DNA of 64,000 bases from NCBI GenBank assembly GCA_965203165.1, contig OZ241849.1:2766861-2830860 (forward strand), written 5' to 3'. Shown piece by piece: positions 63,996-64,000 of the stretch; within the stretch, counting starts at the first letter, position 1, and every line of letters starts with the position of its first letter. The notes under the pieces are model-generated. The model was not told where the DNA came from. It searched no databases and saw only the letters and a list, made by a program, of their open reading frames with translations. The stretch comes from Dehalococcoidia bacterium (GTDB taxonomy: Bacteria > Chloroflexota > Dehalococcoidia > Bin125). The position numbers and the translations under genes were made by a program.

Positions 63996-64000
63996 GGCGG

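Overview
High-GC (roughly two-thirds G+C by eye) bacterial chromosomal window. I call about 55 protein genes and one tRNA (tRNA-Ala GGC). All calls come from reading the ORF translations and the DNA; no database search was possible, so domain names are recalled family signatures. Taxon cannot be fixed; the gene content (LLM oxidoreductase, PhyH, GGT, acyl-CoA enzymes, RCC1/Fn3 secreted proteins) would fit a Chloroflexota-like or actinobacterial genome.

Core genes:
- Sulfate activation (cysD, cysN) and a TupABC-like oxyanion ABC transporter.
- Pyruvate kinase plus a glutaredoxin-like gene, an aminotransferase and GcvH.
- Methylcrotonyl-CoA carboxylase beta, enoyl-CoA hydratase, acyl-CoA dehydrogenase and a CoA-transferase.
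- NAD-type formate dehydrogenase alpha plus a NuoE/F-like subunit.
- GGT, agmatinase-family enzyme, two Zn-ADHs and a sortase.

Unusual content:
1. Nearly every long intergenic space is filled by arrays of two related palindromic REP/MITE-like repeat families. Their stems differ by compensatory changes, and together they take up roughly 8% of the window.
2. Three small lower-GC accessory islets carry candidate toxin-antitoxin or defence genes:
   - a Panacea-like gene, an unknown gene and a PIN gene (25.6-27.6 kb);
   - a HEPN/Toprim-like gene (27.8-29.1 kb);
   - a DUF4365-like nuclease plus an unknown 382-aa partner (55.5-57.2 kb).
3. Two single-gene cargos are each bracketed by a diverged duplicate of the 3' coding end of the neighbouring housekeeping gene (ggt and phyH). 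No integrase is present.
4. An OsmC-family gene has an in-frame TGA exactly at the catalytic Cys position, followed by a SECIS-like hairpin.
5. A promoter-proximal 186-nt region with nested long-range helices is a candidate structured RNA.
6. A G15 tract sits at the 5' end of a secreted RCC1-repeat gene.
7. Other features are iteron-like repeats, 10-bp phased GTTC repeats, and two tandem Fn3 giant secreted paralogues that share an N-terminal cassette.
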